This document shows, piece after piece, positions 17,457-26,417 of a stretch of DNA of 37,464 bases. The number at the start of each line of letters is the position of its first letter. The first letter of the stretch is position 1. Source of the DNA: Caldisericaceae bacterium (GTDB lineage: Bacteria; Caldisericota; Caldisericia; Caldisericales; Caldisericaceae); contig JAGHAO010000079.1 of NCBI GenBank assembly GCA_021161495.1, positions 1-37,464 of the forward strand. Direction: 5' to 3'. The notes below the pieces were generated by a model. The model did not search any database and was not told the DNA's origin. It saw only the letters and a program-made list of their open reading frames with translations. Made by a program: the position numbers and the translations under genes.

Positions 17457-19381
17457 AACTAACATTTGTCTTGCACAACCATCAACCGGTGGGAAATTTC
17501 GATTATGTTCTGGAAAGTGCTTATAAACACGCATACGAACCGTTCATAAATTCGGTTTTTGAGTGCGAAGATTTTCGCTTCGCAATCCATTTTTCCGGAT
17601 ATCTTTTGAACTACATAGAAAAAAACCATCCGGATTTTATAGAAAAAATAAAACACCTCGTATCCGAAAATAGATGTGAAATAATCGGCGGTGCGATGTT
17701 CGAACCAATCCTCATCCTTCTTCCCGAAAAAGACAGAAACGAACAGATCAAAATGATGCAATCGCACATTGAAAAAACTTTCGGAATCACACCGAAAGGA
17801 TTCTGGCTTGCGGAAAGAGTTTGGGAACAACACGTTTCAAAAATACTTTCCGAGAACGGTATGGAATACACATTCCTGGACGACACGCATTTTTTGAAAA
17901 GCGGTAAAACGGAAGACGAACTTACGGGGTATTTTATAACCGAAGACGAAGGATACCCCTTGAAAATTTTCCCGATAAGCAAGAAACTGAGATACCTTAT
18001 CCCGTTCAAGGAGCCTTCCGAAATATTTTCTTTCCTAAATAACGTAAACAAAGAAAATCCGGATGCAATTCTGCTTTTGGGAGACGACGGAGAAAAATTC
18101 GGAGTATGGCCCGGAACGTATAAATACGTTTATGAAGAAAGGTGGTTGGAAAAATTTTTGAACAGCCTTACTCAAAACAAGGAAACCGTTAAAATGGTAT
18201 TGCCGGGAGAGTTTGCGGAAGAAAATCCTCCAAAAGGAAGAGTGTATTTACCGGAATCTTCCTATGAAGAAATGCTTGAGTGGTCTAACGGAAATTTCAG
18301 GAATTTTCTCATAAAATACGAAGAGTCAAACAATATGAATAAGAAATGTTTGTATTTGAGCGAAAAAACAAATACCCCTCCGAAAGAACTCCTGATGGCG
18401 GAAGCAAATGACGCTTATTGGCACGGAGTTTTCGGGGGGTTGTATCTTCCTCACCTCAGAATCAGTATTTACGAAAACGCAATAAAAGCGGAAAAAAAGA
18501 TTCGACCCGAAATTTTTTCGGTAAAAGAAAAAGACATAAACAGGGACGGAGAAAAGGAAACCATTGTTGAAACTCCGGCACTGAACGCGTATTTTACGAA
18601 AAAAGGCGGGGCAATGTACGAACTGGACTTCAAAAACAAAAATTTAAACCTGTTGAATGTTTTGACAAGGCGCAAGGAACATTACCATAAAGACATAATA
18701 GAAGCGGAAAAAGAAAAAAGCACAAGCGAAGTGAAAACGATCCACGAATTGAAACTTGCAAAAAGCAAAGACCTCGATAAATTCCTCATATACGATTGGT
18801 ACGTAAGGAAGAGTTTTATTGACCACTTTTTCAGGGAAGATACGACACTGCAAAGTGTTTATCAAATGAAATTCGGAGAACAAGGAGATTTTGTTACGGA
18901 GAAATTCGAAAGCAAAATCGAAAAAGATGAAAAACTATTGACCGCGGAATTCGAACGGGACGGGCACGTATGGCACGGTGCGGACTGGGAAGAAGTTCAT
19001 GTATCGAAAAGGTTTCTCTTCGAAAAAGACAAAAACGAATTCGAATTAATCCACACGATAAACGCAAACAAAGAACTATTTCTTTTCCACGGATTAGAAC
19101 TAAACCTTATGCTCTTTACGGACGGAATGAAAATTAACGGTAAAGATTATAAAGATTTCCTAACGATGCCGGGAAACAGATTTGAGATCTTTGATTACAT
19201 ACAAAATTTGACGTTCATAATCGAAACAAGTGAAGCCGTTGAATTATGGACCTATCCGATTTATACGGTTTCCCAATCGGAAAGCGGGTTTGAAAAAACT
19301 TTCCAGGGGATTTCTTTTATTTTAACGAAAAAGCGTATAATAAAGGACGAAGAAAGAACGATAAAAATAAAAATCGAATAA
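17453..19381 (+). CDS. Glycoside hydrolase family 57, 4-alpha-glucanotransferase/alpha-amylase-like
   Basis: 642 aa with an ATGA overlap with the previous gene. Motifs: HNHQPVGNF, WLAERVWE, LLGDDGEKFGVWPGT, EANDAYWHGVFGGLYLPHLR. Length and motifs resemble Thermococcus-type GH57 glucanotransferase. Confidence 0.85.
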   Translation: MKLTFVLHNHQPVGNFDYVLESAYKHAYEPFINSVFECEDFRFAIHFSGYLLNYIEKNHPDFIEKIKHLVSENRCEIIGGAMFEPILILLPEKDRNEQIKMMQSHIEKTFGITPKGFWLAERVWEQHVSKILSENGMEYTFLDDTHFLKSGKTEDELTGYFITEDEGYPLKIFPISKKLRYLIPFKEPSEIFSFLNNVNKENPDAILLLGDDGEKFGVWPGTYKYVYEERWLEKFLNSLTQNKETVKMVLPGEFAEENPPKGRVYLPESSYEEMLEWSNGNFRNFLIKYEESNNMNKKCLYLSEKTNTPPKELLMAEANDAYWHGVFGGLYLPHLRISIYENAIKAEKKIRPEIFSVKEKDINRDGEKETIVETPALNAYFTKKGGAMYELDFKNKNLNLLNVLTRRKEHYHKDIIEAEKEKSTSEVKTIHELKLAKSKDLDKFLIYDWYVRKSFIDHFFREDTTLQSVYQMKFGEQGDFVTEKFESKIEKDEKLLTAEFERDGHVWHGADWEEVHVSKRFLFEKDKNEFELIHTINANKELFLFHGLELNLMLFTDGMKINGKDYKDFLTMPGNRFEIFDYIQNLTFIIETSEAVELWTYPIYTVSQSESGFEKTFQGISFILTKKRIIKDEERTIKIKIE

Positions 19382-19396
19382 TGTAGGAGGTAATAA

Positions 19397-20416
19397 ATGC
19401 CTGAATTAAGAAAAGACCCCGTAACGGGAAGATGGGTTATAATAGCGGTTGAAAGAGCAATGAGGCCCAGCGACTTTAAGGAAGAAGAGGAAGCGGAAAG
19501 TCCGGATATTACGGAAAGATGTCCGTTTTGTGAAGGGCACGAAAGCAAAACACCGCCGGAAATCCTCGCATACAGAAAACCGGGGACGGCACCTAACACC
19601 CCCGGATGGTGGGTAAGAGTAATTCCGAACAAATTCCCCGCGCTCAAAATCGAAGGAGAATTAAACAGGAAAGGCGTGGGAATGTACGATATGATGAACG
19701 GAATCGGGGCACATGAAGTGATCATAGAATCCCCGAACCATTTCGATTCTCTCGAAAATATGCCGTTAAAACACATAGAAGACATTCTTTGGGCATTCCG
19801 TGACAGGTGCCTGGACCTGCGCAAAGACATAAGATTCAAATACATTATCATATTTAAAAACAAGGGTAAAAAAGCCGGTGCATCACTTTCGCACCCTCAC
19901 TCCCAACTCATTGCGACGCCGGTCCTCCCGAAACTTGCAAAGGAAGAACTTGCAGGTGCGCAAAGATATTACGATTACAAAGAGAGATGCGTTTACTGCG
20001 ATATGATCGCACAGGAAATCGGAGATAAAAAACGCCTTGTACTGGAAAACGAAGAGTTTGTTGTTTTTGTTCCGTTCGCATCTATTGTTCCTTTTGAAAT
20101 GTGGGTTCTGCCGAAACAACACAGTTCCGATTATGCGGACATAAAGAGAAGCCAAATTCCGTATCTCGCCGAAGCACTTCAAAAAGCGTTGCAGATGCTC
20201 AACAAAGCGGTTCCCAACGTTCCTTATAACTTCTATTTCCACTCGGCACCACTCAACAATCTTCATCTGCCGCATTACCACTGGCACATAGAAATTGTCC
20301 CGAGACTAACGCACACGGCGGGATTCGAATGGGGAACAGGGCTCTACATTAACCCGATGCCTCCGGAACGTGCAGCCGAATTTTTAAGAAACGCGGGAAA
20401 GGAGCTCGAAAAATGA
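19397..20416 (+). CDS. GalT/HIT-family hexose-1-phosphate nucleotidyltransferase (galactose-1-P uridylyltransferase / ADP-glucose phosphorylase class)
   Basis: 339 aa with SD AGGAGG. It has the zinc motif CPFCEGHE (residues 42-49), the active-site HPHSQ (residues 166-170, nt 19892-19906), and the second half-domain motif HYHWHIEIVPR. Confidence 0.85.
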   Translation: MPELRKDPVTGRWVIIAVERAMRPSDFKEEEEAESPDITERCPFCEGHESKTPPEILAYRKPGTAPNTPGWWVRVIPNKFPALKIEGELNRKGVGMYDMMNGIGAHEVIIESPNHFDSLENMPLKHIEDILWAFRDRCLDLRKDIRFKYIIIFKNKGKKAGASLSHPHSQLIATPVLPKLAKEELAGAQRYYDYKERCVYCDMIAQEIGDKKRLVLENEEFVVFVPFASIVPFEMWVLPKQHSSDYADIKRSQIPYLAEALQKALQMLNKAVPNVPYNFYFHSAPLNNLHLPHYHWHIEIVPRLTHTAGFEWGTGLYINPMPPERAAEFLRNAGKELEK

Positions 20417-21834
20417 AAATAGGAATAGTTGCAAGCGAAGCGGTCCCTTATGCAAAAACAGGAGGGCTTGCGGACGTTGCCGGGACGCTTTTTAAGGTAT
20501 TCGGAAAAACAGGCAATGAAACGTATCTATTTATGCCCTTCTACAAAACGATTAAAAACGTGGAAAATATAAGCCAGGCAGGAGAAATTTTGGTAAAAAT
20601 AGGTTCGCAAACTGTGAAAGGAAACATTCTAACATCAAAAACTGATTACGGAACCGCAGTTTTTATTGAACAGGGTTACTATTTCGGAAGAGACGAACTT
20701 TACGGGACAAAGGAAGGGGATTATCCGGATAACGGTGAAAGGTTCGGGTTTTTCGACCTTGCGGTTGTTGAGGCAATCAAAAAATTAAATCTCGACCTTG
20801 ATATAATCCATGCGAATGATTGGCAAACGGGATTAATTCCGTTGTTCATAAAGGATAGAGGAATAAAAATCGGTACTTTGTTTACCATTCACAATTTGGG
20901 ATATCAGGGAAACTTCGAACAGGGTTTATTGGATTTGCTGCATATCGACAGAAAATATTTTACAATTGACGGGCTTGAGTTTTACGGAGACGTGAGTTTT
21001 CTAAAATCGGGTATCGTCTTCTCCGACTATATCAGCACAGTCAGCCCTTCGTACGCAAAGGAAATAATGACCCCGGAATACGGAATGGGAATGGACGGGA
21101 TCCTGCGCGCGAGGAAAAACAAACTCGTGGGGATCCTTAACGGAATTGACTACGAAGCCTGGAATCCGGAAAAAGACGACCTGATTTATGCAAAATATTC
21201 CGTGAACAACATTTCCGGTAAAGAGGAAAACAAAAGGAAACTTTCCGAAGAATTAAACTTTGAGACAGCCGGAAAACCGCTCTTTGGAATGGTGAGCAGG
21301 CTCGCAGGGCAAAAAGGTGTTGACATTTTAACGGAAGCATTGGAAGAGTTCCTAAAAGAAGATGTAAAAGTCGTAATTTTGGGAACGGGAGAAAAGGACC
21401 TCGAAGAAAAATTAGTAAGCCTTCAAAACAAATTCCCGAACAAAATCAAATCGTTGATTAAATTCGACAACGCACTTGCGCACAAAATATACGCAGCAAG
21501 TGATTTCTTTATAATGCCTTCGAAGTACGAACCGTGCGGACTGGGGCAACTCATAGCACTGAAATACGGAAGCGTTCCGGTTGTTCGGGCAACAGGCGGG
21601 CTGAAAGACACAATCGACAACTACAACGATTACACACATTGCGGAAACGGGTTTTCGTTCGAAGAATATTCATCGGAAGAACTCCTCAAAACACTCAAAA
21701 GGGCGAAAGAAATTTACGGAGATAGAAAAACCTATGATATGTTAAGGCAAATCGGAATGATGTGTGATTTTTCATGGAGCCAATCCGCATTGAAATATCT
21801 CGAACTGTTCAATAAAATAAAATCCGAGATTTGA
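20413..21834 (+). CDS. glgA: Glycogen/starch synthase (GT5)
   Basis: 473 aa with an ATGA overlap with the previous gene. It has the N-terminal KTGGLADV motif, HANDWQTGLIP and PSKYEPCGLGQL. Confidence 0.92.
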   Translation: MKIGIVASEAVPYAKTGGLADVAGTLFKVFGKTGNETYLFMPFYKTIKNVENISQAGEILVKIGSQTVKGNILTSKTDYGTAVFIEQGYYFGRDELYGTKEGDYPDNGERFGFFDLAVVEAIKKLNLDLDIIHANDWQTGLIPLFIKDRGIKIGTLFTIHNLGYQGNFEQGLLDLLHIDRKYFTIDGLEFYGDVSFLKSGIVFSDYISTVSPSYAKEIMTPEYGMGMDGILRARKNKLVGILNGIDYEAWNPEKDDLIYAKYSVNNISGKEENKRKLSEELNFETAGKPLFGMVSRLAGQKGVDILTEALEEFLKEDVKVVILGTGEKDLEEKLVSLQNKFPNKIKSLIKFDNALAHKIYAASDFFIMPSKYEPCGLGQLIALKYGSVPVVRATGGLKDTIDNYNDYTHCGNGFSFEEYSSEELLKTLKRAKEIYGDRKTYDMLRQIGMMCDFSWSQSALKYLELFNKIKSEI

Positions 21835-21851
21835 AAAAGGAGGGGGAAGGA

Positions 21852-23267
21852 ATGAAAATACATTTCGGAACGTCCGGCTGGAGAGGAATAATAGCAAAAG
21901 ACTTCACATTTGAAAACGTAAAAATAGCAAGTTATGCAATTGCAAAACACCTCTCGGAAAATAAAGGAAAGAGTATTGTAATCGGTTACGATACACGCTT
22001 CCTCTCCGAAGAATTTGCAAAACTTTCCGCGGAAGTTCTTGCAGGCTACGGAATAAAAAGTTATCTTTCGGAGACCGATCTTCCCACACCGGTTATTGCA
22101 TACCTTACGGTTAAAAACAAAACGGACGGGGCGATTAATATAACCGCATCTCACAACGATCCGTACTATAACGGAATCAAGTTCTCCGCAAAAACGGGCG
22201 GACCCGCTCTGCCAGAGGAAACAAAAGACATCGAAAACAAAATAAACAATTATTTCAAAAATCCCGTTCCAATAAAACAAACGGACTTTAAGGAAGCAAT
22301 CGATAAAAAACTAATTATCCCCTTTAAAGAGAAGTGGTATGTTAATGCGCTGAAGAAACTTATCGATACGGATGCAGTTAAGAAAGCAAACCTTAGAGTT
22401 ATATATGATCCTTTCTTTGCAACGGGAAGGAAGTATATGCCTAAATTTCTCAGAGGAAAAGTAAAATGCACGATGATTCACGGGAAACGAGACACACTTT
22501 TCGGTGGCTTGCACCCGGAACCCACGGGAGACAACTTGAAACCTCTCATTAAGAAAGTGGTTAAGGAAAAAGCGTTGTTAGGGCTTGCAACGGACGGTGA
22601 CGCAGACAGATTCGGAGTGGTGGACAGAGACGGTAGTTTTATCTCCCCGAATATGGTTTTGCCGATTATTTATTATTATCTTCTCACCGAAAGGAAAATG
22701 AAAGGTAACGTGGTGAGAACCGTTGCAACAACACACCTCCTTGATAGAATCGCGGAAAAATTCGGATACCAAAGCATCGAGACGCCCGTTGGCTTCAAGT
22801 ACATAGGCGATACAATAACAAAAGGAAGGGCAATTTTCGGAGGAGAAGAAAGCGGAGGCGCAACGATAAAAGGCTGGATTGCGGATAAAGACGGGATTTT
22901 TGTTGACCTGATAGTGCTTGAAATTGTTTCGGTAAGAAAGAAATCAATGAAAGAACTTTTCAGGGAAATCGAAAATAAGTTCGGAAAGTTTGTCTCGAAA
23001 AGAACGGATTTTTCATATAAAGGAGAAAGGGATAAAATAGAAAAACGATTAAAAGAATTCGTAAGAAAATTAGAGAAAGAAGACGACGTTGAAAAAATAA
23101 ACGAAACGGACGGAACGAAAATCATTTTCAAAGACGGGAGCTGGATTTTGTTCAGGTTCTCGGGAACGGAACCTAAGATTCGAGTTTATTGCGAATCGGA
23201 CAGCGAGGAAAAATTAAACGCTCTAACCGAAAAGGGTATTTCCATTGCCGAAAAGGCACTAAGCTAA
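21852..23267 (+). CDS. Phosphoglucomutase/phosphomannomutase
   Basis: Motifs: TASHNDPYYNGIKF (phosphoserine loop), ATDGDADRFGVVD (Mg loop), GGEESGG, FRFSGTEPKIRVY. I prefer ATG 21852 (SD AAAGGAGGGGG 5 nt upstream) to the TTG at 21831. Confidence 0.9.
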   Translation: MKIHFGTSGWRGIIAKDFTFENVKIASYAIAKHLSENKGKSIVIGYDTRFLSEEFAKLSAEVLAGYGIKSYLSETDLPTPVIAYLTVKNKTDGAINITASHNDPYYNGIKFSAKTGGPALPEETKDIENKINNYFKNPVPIKQTDFKEAIDKKLIIPFKEKWYVNALKKLIDTDAVKKANLRVIYDPFFATGRKYMPKFLRGKVKCTMIHGKRDTLFGGLHPEPTGDNLKPLIKKVVKEKALLGLATDGDADRFGVVDRDGSFISPNMVLPIIYYYLLTERKMKGNVVRTVATTHLLDRIAEKFGYQSIETPVGFKYIGDTITKGRAIFGGEESGGATIKGWIADKDGIFVDLIVLEIVSVRKKSMKELFREIENKFGKFVSKRTDFSYKGERDKIEKRLKEFVRKLEKEDDVEKINETDGTKIIFKDGSWILFRFSGTEPKIRVYCESDSEEKLNALTEKGISIAEKALS

Positions 23268-23279
23268 GGAGGCGATTTT

Positions 23280-24665
23280 ATGATTTTAAATTACGAAAAT
23301 GTTCTCAAAGAAATAATTGGGCAAAGCGGGATAGAGTTTGAAGAAATTGAAAAATTACTGCCCGAGATAGAAAAAGCGAAAGAACGCATTTCTGAAAAAC
23401 TCAAAACGGAGTATGACGCACTGCAACTTCCCTACGTAATGTCGCTAAAAACAACTGAAATTGTCGAAACGGCAAAAGAAATAAGAGAAAATTACGAGAA
23501 CTTCGTTGTGGTGGGAATGGGGGGCTCTTCCCTCGGAAATCAAATGCTGCATTACGCATTTAACGGCATTTACCACAATATGCAATCACACCCGAAAATG
23601 TACTTCCTCGACAATGTGGACCCGAAATCGACGGAAACCCTCTTAAATTCGCTCGATCTAAGCAAAACAATGTTCAACGTTATTACAAAATCCGGAAGCA
23701 CGGCGGAAACAATTCAAAATTTTCTTCTCATTACGGATTTTCTGAAGGAACACTTTTTGGATCCCAAAAAACATTTGATCTTCACAACAGACCCGGAAAA
23801 AGAGCTTCTCAGAAAACTCTCGAAAGAAATGGGAATAAAAACATTTGATATTCCCCCGTATGTGGGCGGAAGATACTCGGTTTTAAGCGCAGTAGGGCTT
23901 TTATCCGCAGCAGTGGAAAACATAGACATATCCGTGCTTTTAAGAGGGGCGGAACTTACGAGGTTACGCGTCCTAAACAGTGACCCTATAAATTGTATGG
24001 CGATGGTTCTTCCCGCAATCCAATACCTTCTGTTCAAAAATAAGGGGGTCAACATCAACGCAATGTTTACATACTCGGACGGTTTGAGTTACTTGGGACA
24101 ATGGTACAGGCAACTCCTTTCCGAAAGTATCGGTAAAAAATACGATAGAAACGGCAAAGAAATTTACACGGGAATCACACCTCTTGCAGTAAGAGGCACA
24201 TCCGACCAACATTCGATTTTGCAACTATTCCTTGAAGGTCCCTTCGACAAACTAATCATAATGGTTGCACCCAAAGACTATAAATCGGAACTTTCCGTAA
24301 AAGGGGAATTCGTAAACGAGGAAAGTGTGGAATATTTGAAAGGAAAAAAATATTCCGACCTGATAAAAGCGGAATTTGACGGAACAAAAGCAGCATTAAA
24401 AAAGAACGGAAGGCCTTTTGTTTCGATAGAACTTTCCGAAATAAGGGAAGAAGAAATAGGGAAACTTATCTATATGTTGGAATATTCCGTTATTATGCTG
24501 GGCGAACTATTGGGAGTAAACCCCGTAGATCAACCTGCCGTAGAATTAGGAAAGCAATTCACATACGGAATTATGGGAAGGAAAGGATTTGAAAGCAAAG
24601 AAGAAGAATTCGAAAGATTAATTAGCCCGGAAAGCAAATACACAATAGAAAACGACGCGTTATAG
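23280..24665 (+). CDS. pgi: Glucose-6-phosphate isomerase (short bacterial/archaeal type)
   Basis: 461 aa with SD AAGGAGG. It has VVGMGGSSLG, KSGSTAET and GGRYSVLSAVGL. Confidence 0.9.
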   Translation: MILNYENVLKEIIGQSGIEFEEIEKLLPEIEKAKERISEKLKTEYDALQLPYVMSLKTTEIVETAKEIRENYENFVVVGMGGSSLGNQMLHYAFNGIYHNMQSHPKMYFLDNVDPKSTETLLNSLDLSKTMFNVITKSGSTAETIQNFLLITDFLKEHFLDPKKHLIFTTDPEKELLRKLSKEMGIKTFDIPPYVGGRYSVLSAVGLLSAAVENIDISVLLRGAELTRLRVLNSDPINCMAMVLPAIQYLLFKNKGVNINAMFTYSDGLSYLGQWYRQLLSESIGKKYDRNGKEIYTGITPLAVRGTSDQHSILQLFLEGPFDKLIIMVAPKDYKSELSVKGEFVNEESVEYLKGKKYSDLIKAEFDGTKAALKKNGRPFVSIELSEIREEEIGKLIYMLEYSVIMLGELLGVNPVDQPAVELGKQFTYGIMGRKGFESKEEEFERLISPESKYTIENDAL

Positions 24666-24676
24666 AAAGGAGTTTT

Positions 24677-25849
24677 ATGAAAACAGCATCCAAAGTATTA
24701 ACAGTAATCTTGATAGCACTTCTTGCCCTAACAGGAGGATATTATCTCGGAGTTCAATATCCGCCCTCGGCAATAGCAAACAGAATAAAAGGGCAAACAA
24801 ATGTTTTTCCGAAGGCACTTTTACGGGATCACAGTTTGCTTGTCAGAACAGCGGAAATTATAGAAGACAACTATTACAAACCCGTTACCGAAGATCAATT
24901 GACCGAAGGAATGGTAAATTCCCTCGACGATCCCTATTCCGTTTTCTTCCCCCCTGCGCAAACAAAGGAATTTCAGGAGGAAATCTCGGGGCAGTACGCG
25001 GGTATCGGCGTGGAAATAACAGAGAACAAAAAAGAACAATTACCCGAAATAGTTTCCGTCTTTCCGGATACGCCGGCGGAAAAAGCGGGGCTCAAACCGG
25101 GAGATATCATCATAAGTGCAAACGGGAAGAATTTCAAAGGGTTATCTCTGGAAGATGTTTCGAATATCGTAAAAGGGAAACCGGGAACATCCGTGAAGCT
25201 CGAGGTAAAACGTAATGAAAAAACTTTTACGCTAAACGTAAAAAGGGAAATCATACATCTCCCGCTTATCTATACGAAATATTTGGACAACGGAAAAATA
25301 GGGTATTTACGAATTAATATGTTCTCCGAAGGCGTAGGTAAAAATGTGAGGTCGGCACTCTCGGAGATGAAGGATAAGCACATTGAAGCACTCGTTTTGG
25401 ATTTAAGGAACAACCCCGGAGGGCTTTTAAACGAATGCGCATCGGTTGCAACAAATTTCGTTCCTTCAGGGCCGCTTATCTGGACGGTGGGAAGAAACGG
25501 CAAACCGGTACCGTTAAATATTAGCGGGCATAAGTTTGATCTGCCGCTCGTCGTTTTGGTAAACAAAGGCACAGCAAGTGCCGCAGAGATTTTAACGGGA
25601 GCAATAAAAGATTACGGCATAGGAAAGGTGATCGGAGAGCAAACATTCGGAAAGGGAGTTGTTCAACAAATCTTCCCTCTTGCCAACGGATACACGCTAA
25701 AAATCACCGTTGAAGAATATCTCACGGCAAAAAAGCACAAAATAAACAAAATCGGGATTAAACCGGATATAATAATCAAAAATACCGAAAAGGAAGACTT
25801 GCAGCTTGAAAAAGCGATTGAGATCTTAAAATCCGAAATAGGAGGATAA
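24677..25849 (+). CDS. S41 carboxyl-terminal processing protease with PDZ domain
   Basis: 390 aa with an N-terminal TM anchor. It has a PDZ segment (PAEKAGLKPGDIIISANG), LDLRNNPGGLL, and the catalytic-Ser context NKGTASAAEI. Confidence 0.9.
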   Translation: MKTASKVLTVILIALLALTGGYYLGVQYPPSAIANRIKGQTNVFPKALLRDHSLLVRTAEIIEDNYYKPVTEDQLTEGMVNSLDDPYSVFFPPAQTKEFQEEISGQYAGIGVEITENKKEQLPEIVSVFPDTPAEKAGLKPGDIIISANGKNFKGLSLEDVSNIVKGKPGTSVKLEVKRNEKTFTLNVKREIIHLPLIYTKYLDNGKIGYLRINMFSEGVGKNVRSALSEMKDKHIEALVLDLRNNPGGLLNECASVATNFVPSGPLIWTVGRNGKPVPLNISGHKFDLPLVVLVNKGTASAAEILTGAIKDYGIGKVIGEQTFGKGVVQQIFPLANGYTLKITVEEYLTAKKHKINKIGIKPDIIIKNTEKEDLQLEKAIEILKSEIGG

Positions 25850-25854
25850 GCAAA

Positions 25855-26415
25855 GTGATAATAGTAATTTCCGGACCTTCCGGTGTGGGAAAAGGAACTG
25901 TGATAAAAGAGCTTCTGAACTTGGACAAAAGGCTTGTTCGGGTGATAACCTGCACGACACGGAAACCGCGAACCGGCGAAGTAAACGGAAAAGATTACTA
26001 TTTCCTTTCACCGGAAGAATTCTTCAGAAAAGTGAAAAGTAAAGAACTCGTTGAATTTGCCTTTGTTCACGGAAATTACTACGGGACACCGAAAAAGGGA
26101 TTGGAACAAGGATTAAAAAACAATCTCGATGTTATACTGCAGATAGATGTGCAGGGCGCAAAAAAAATAAAAAACAACTATCCGGATGCCTTACTTATCT
26201 TTCTTCTCCCTCCGAGTATGAAAGTGCTCGAAGAACGATTGTCCGGCAGGGGAACAGAAACGGAAGAAGAAAAAGAAAACAGGCTAAAAAGAGCGCAGGA
26301 AGAAATAGACGAAAGAGTTTTTTACGATTACATCGTGGTAAACGACGACTTAAAGGCAACCGTCAGGGAAATTTACGAGATCATAAAAGAGGAGCGCAAA
26401 AAACGCTCCTCTTAA
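25855..26415 (+). CDS. gmk: Guanylate kinase
   Basis: 186 aa with a GTG start and SD GGAGGA. It has ISGPSGVGKGT, TTRKPRTGEVNGKDYYF and YGT. Confidence 0.92.
   Translation: MIIVISGPSGVGKGTVIKELLNLDKRLVRVITCTTRKPRTGEVNGKDYYFLSPEEFFRKVKSKELVEFAFVHGNYYGTPKKGLEQGLKNNLDVILQIDVQGAKKIKNNYPDALLIFLLPPSMKVLEERLSGRGTETEEEKENRLKRAQEEIDERVFYDYIVVNDDLKATVREIYEIIKEERKKRSS
26389..26411. terminator. Perfect 8-bp hairpin inside the last gmk codons. It is positioned as the terminator of the convergent minus-strand gene.
   Basis: GAGGAGCG-CAAAAAA-CGCTCCTC. On the minus strand it is followed by TTTTATGA and lies 7 nt after the stop at 26418. On the plus strand it is followed by TTAATCTT. Confidence 0.5.
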
Positions 26416-26417
26416 TC

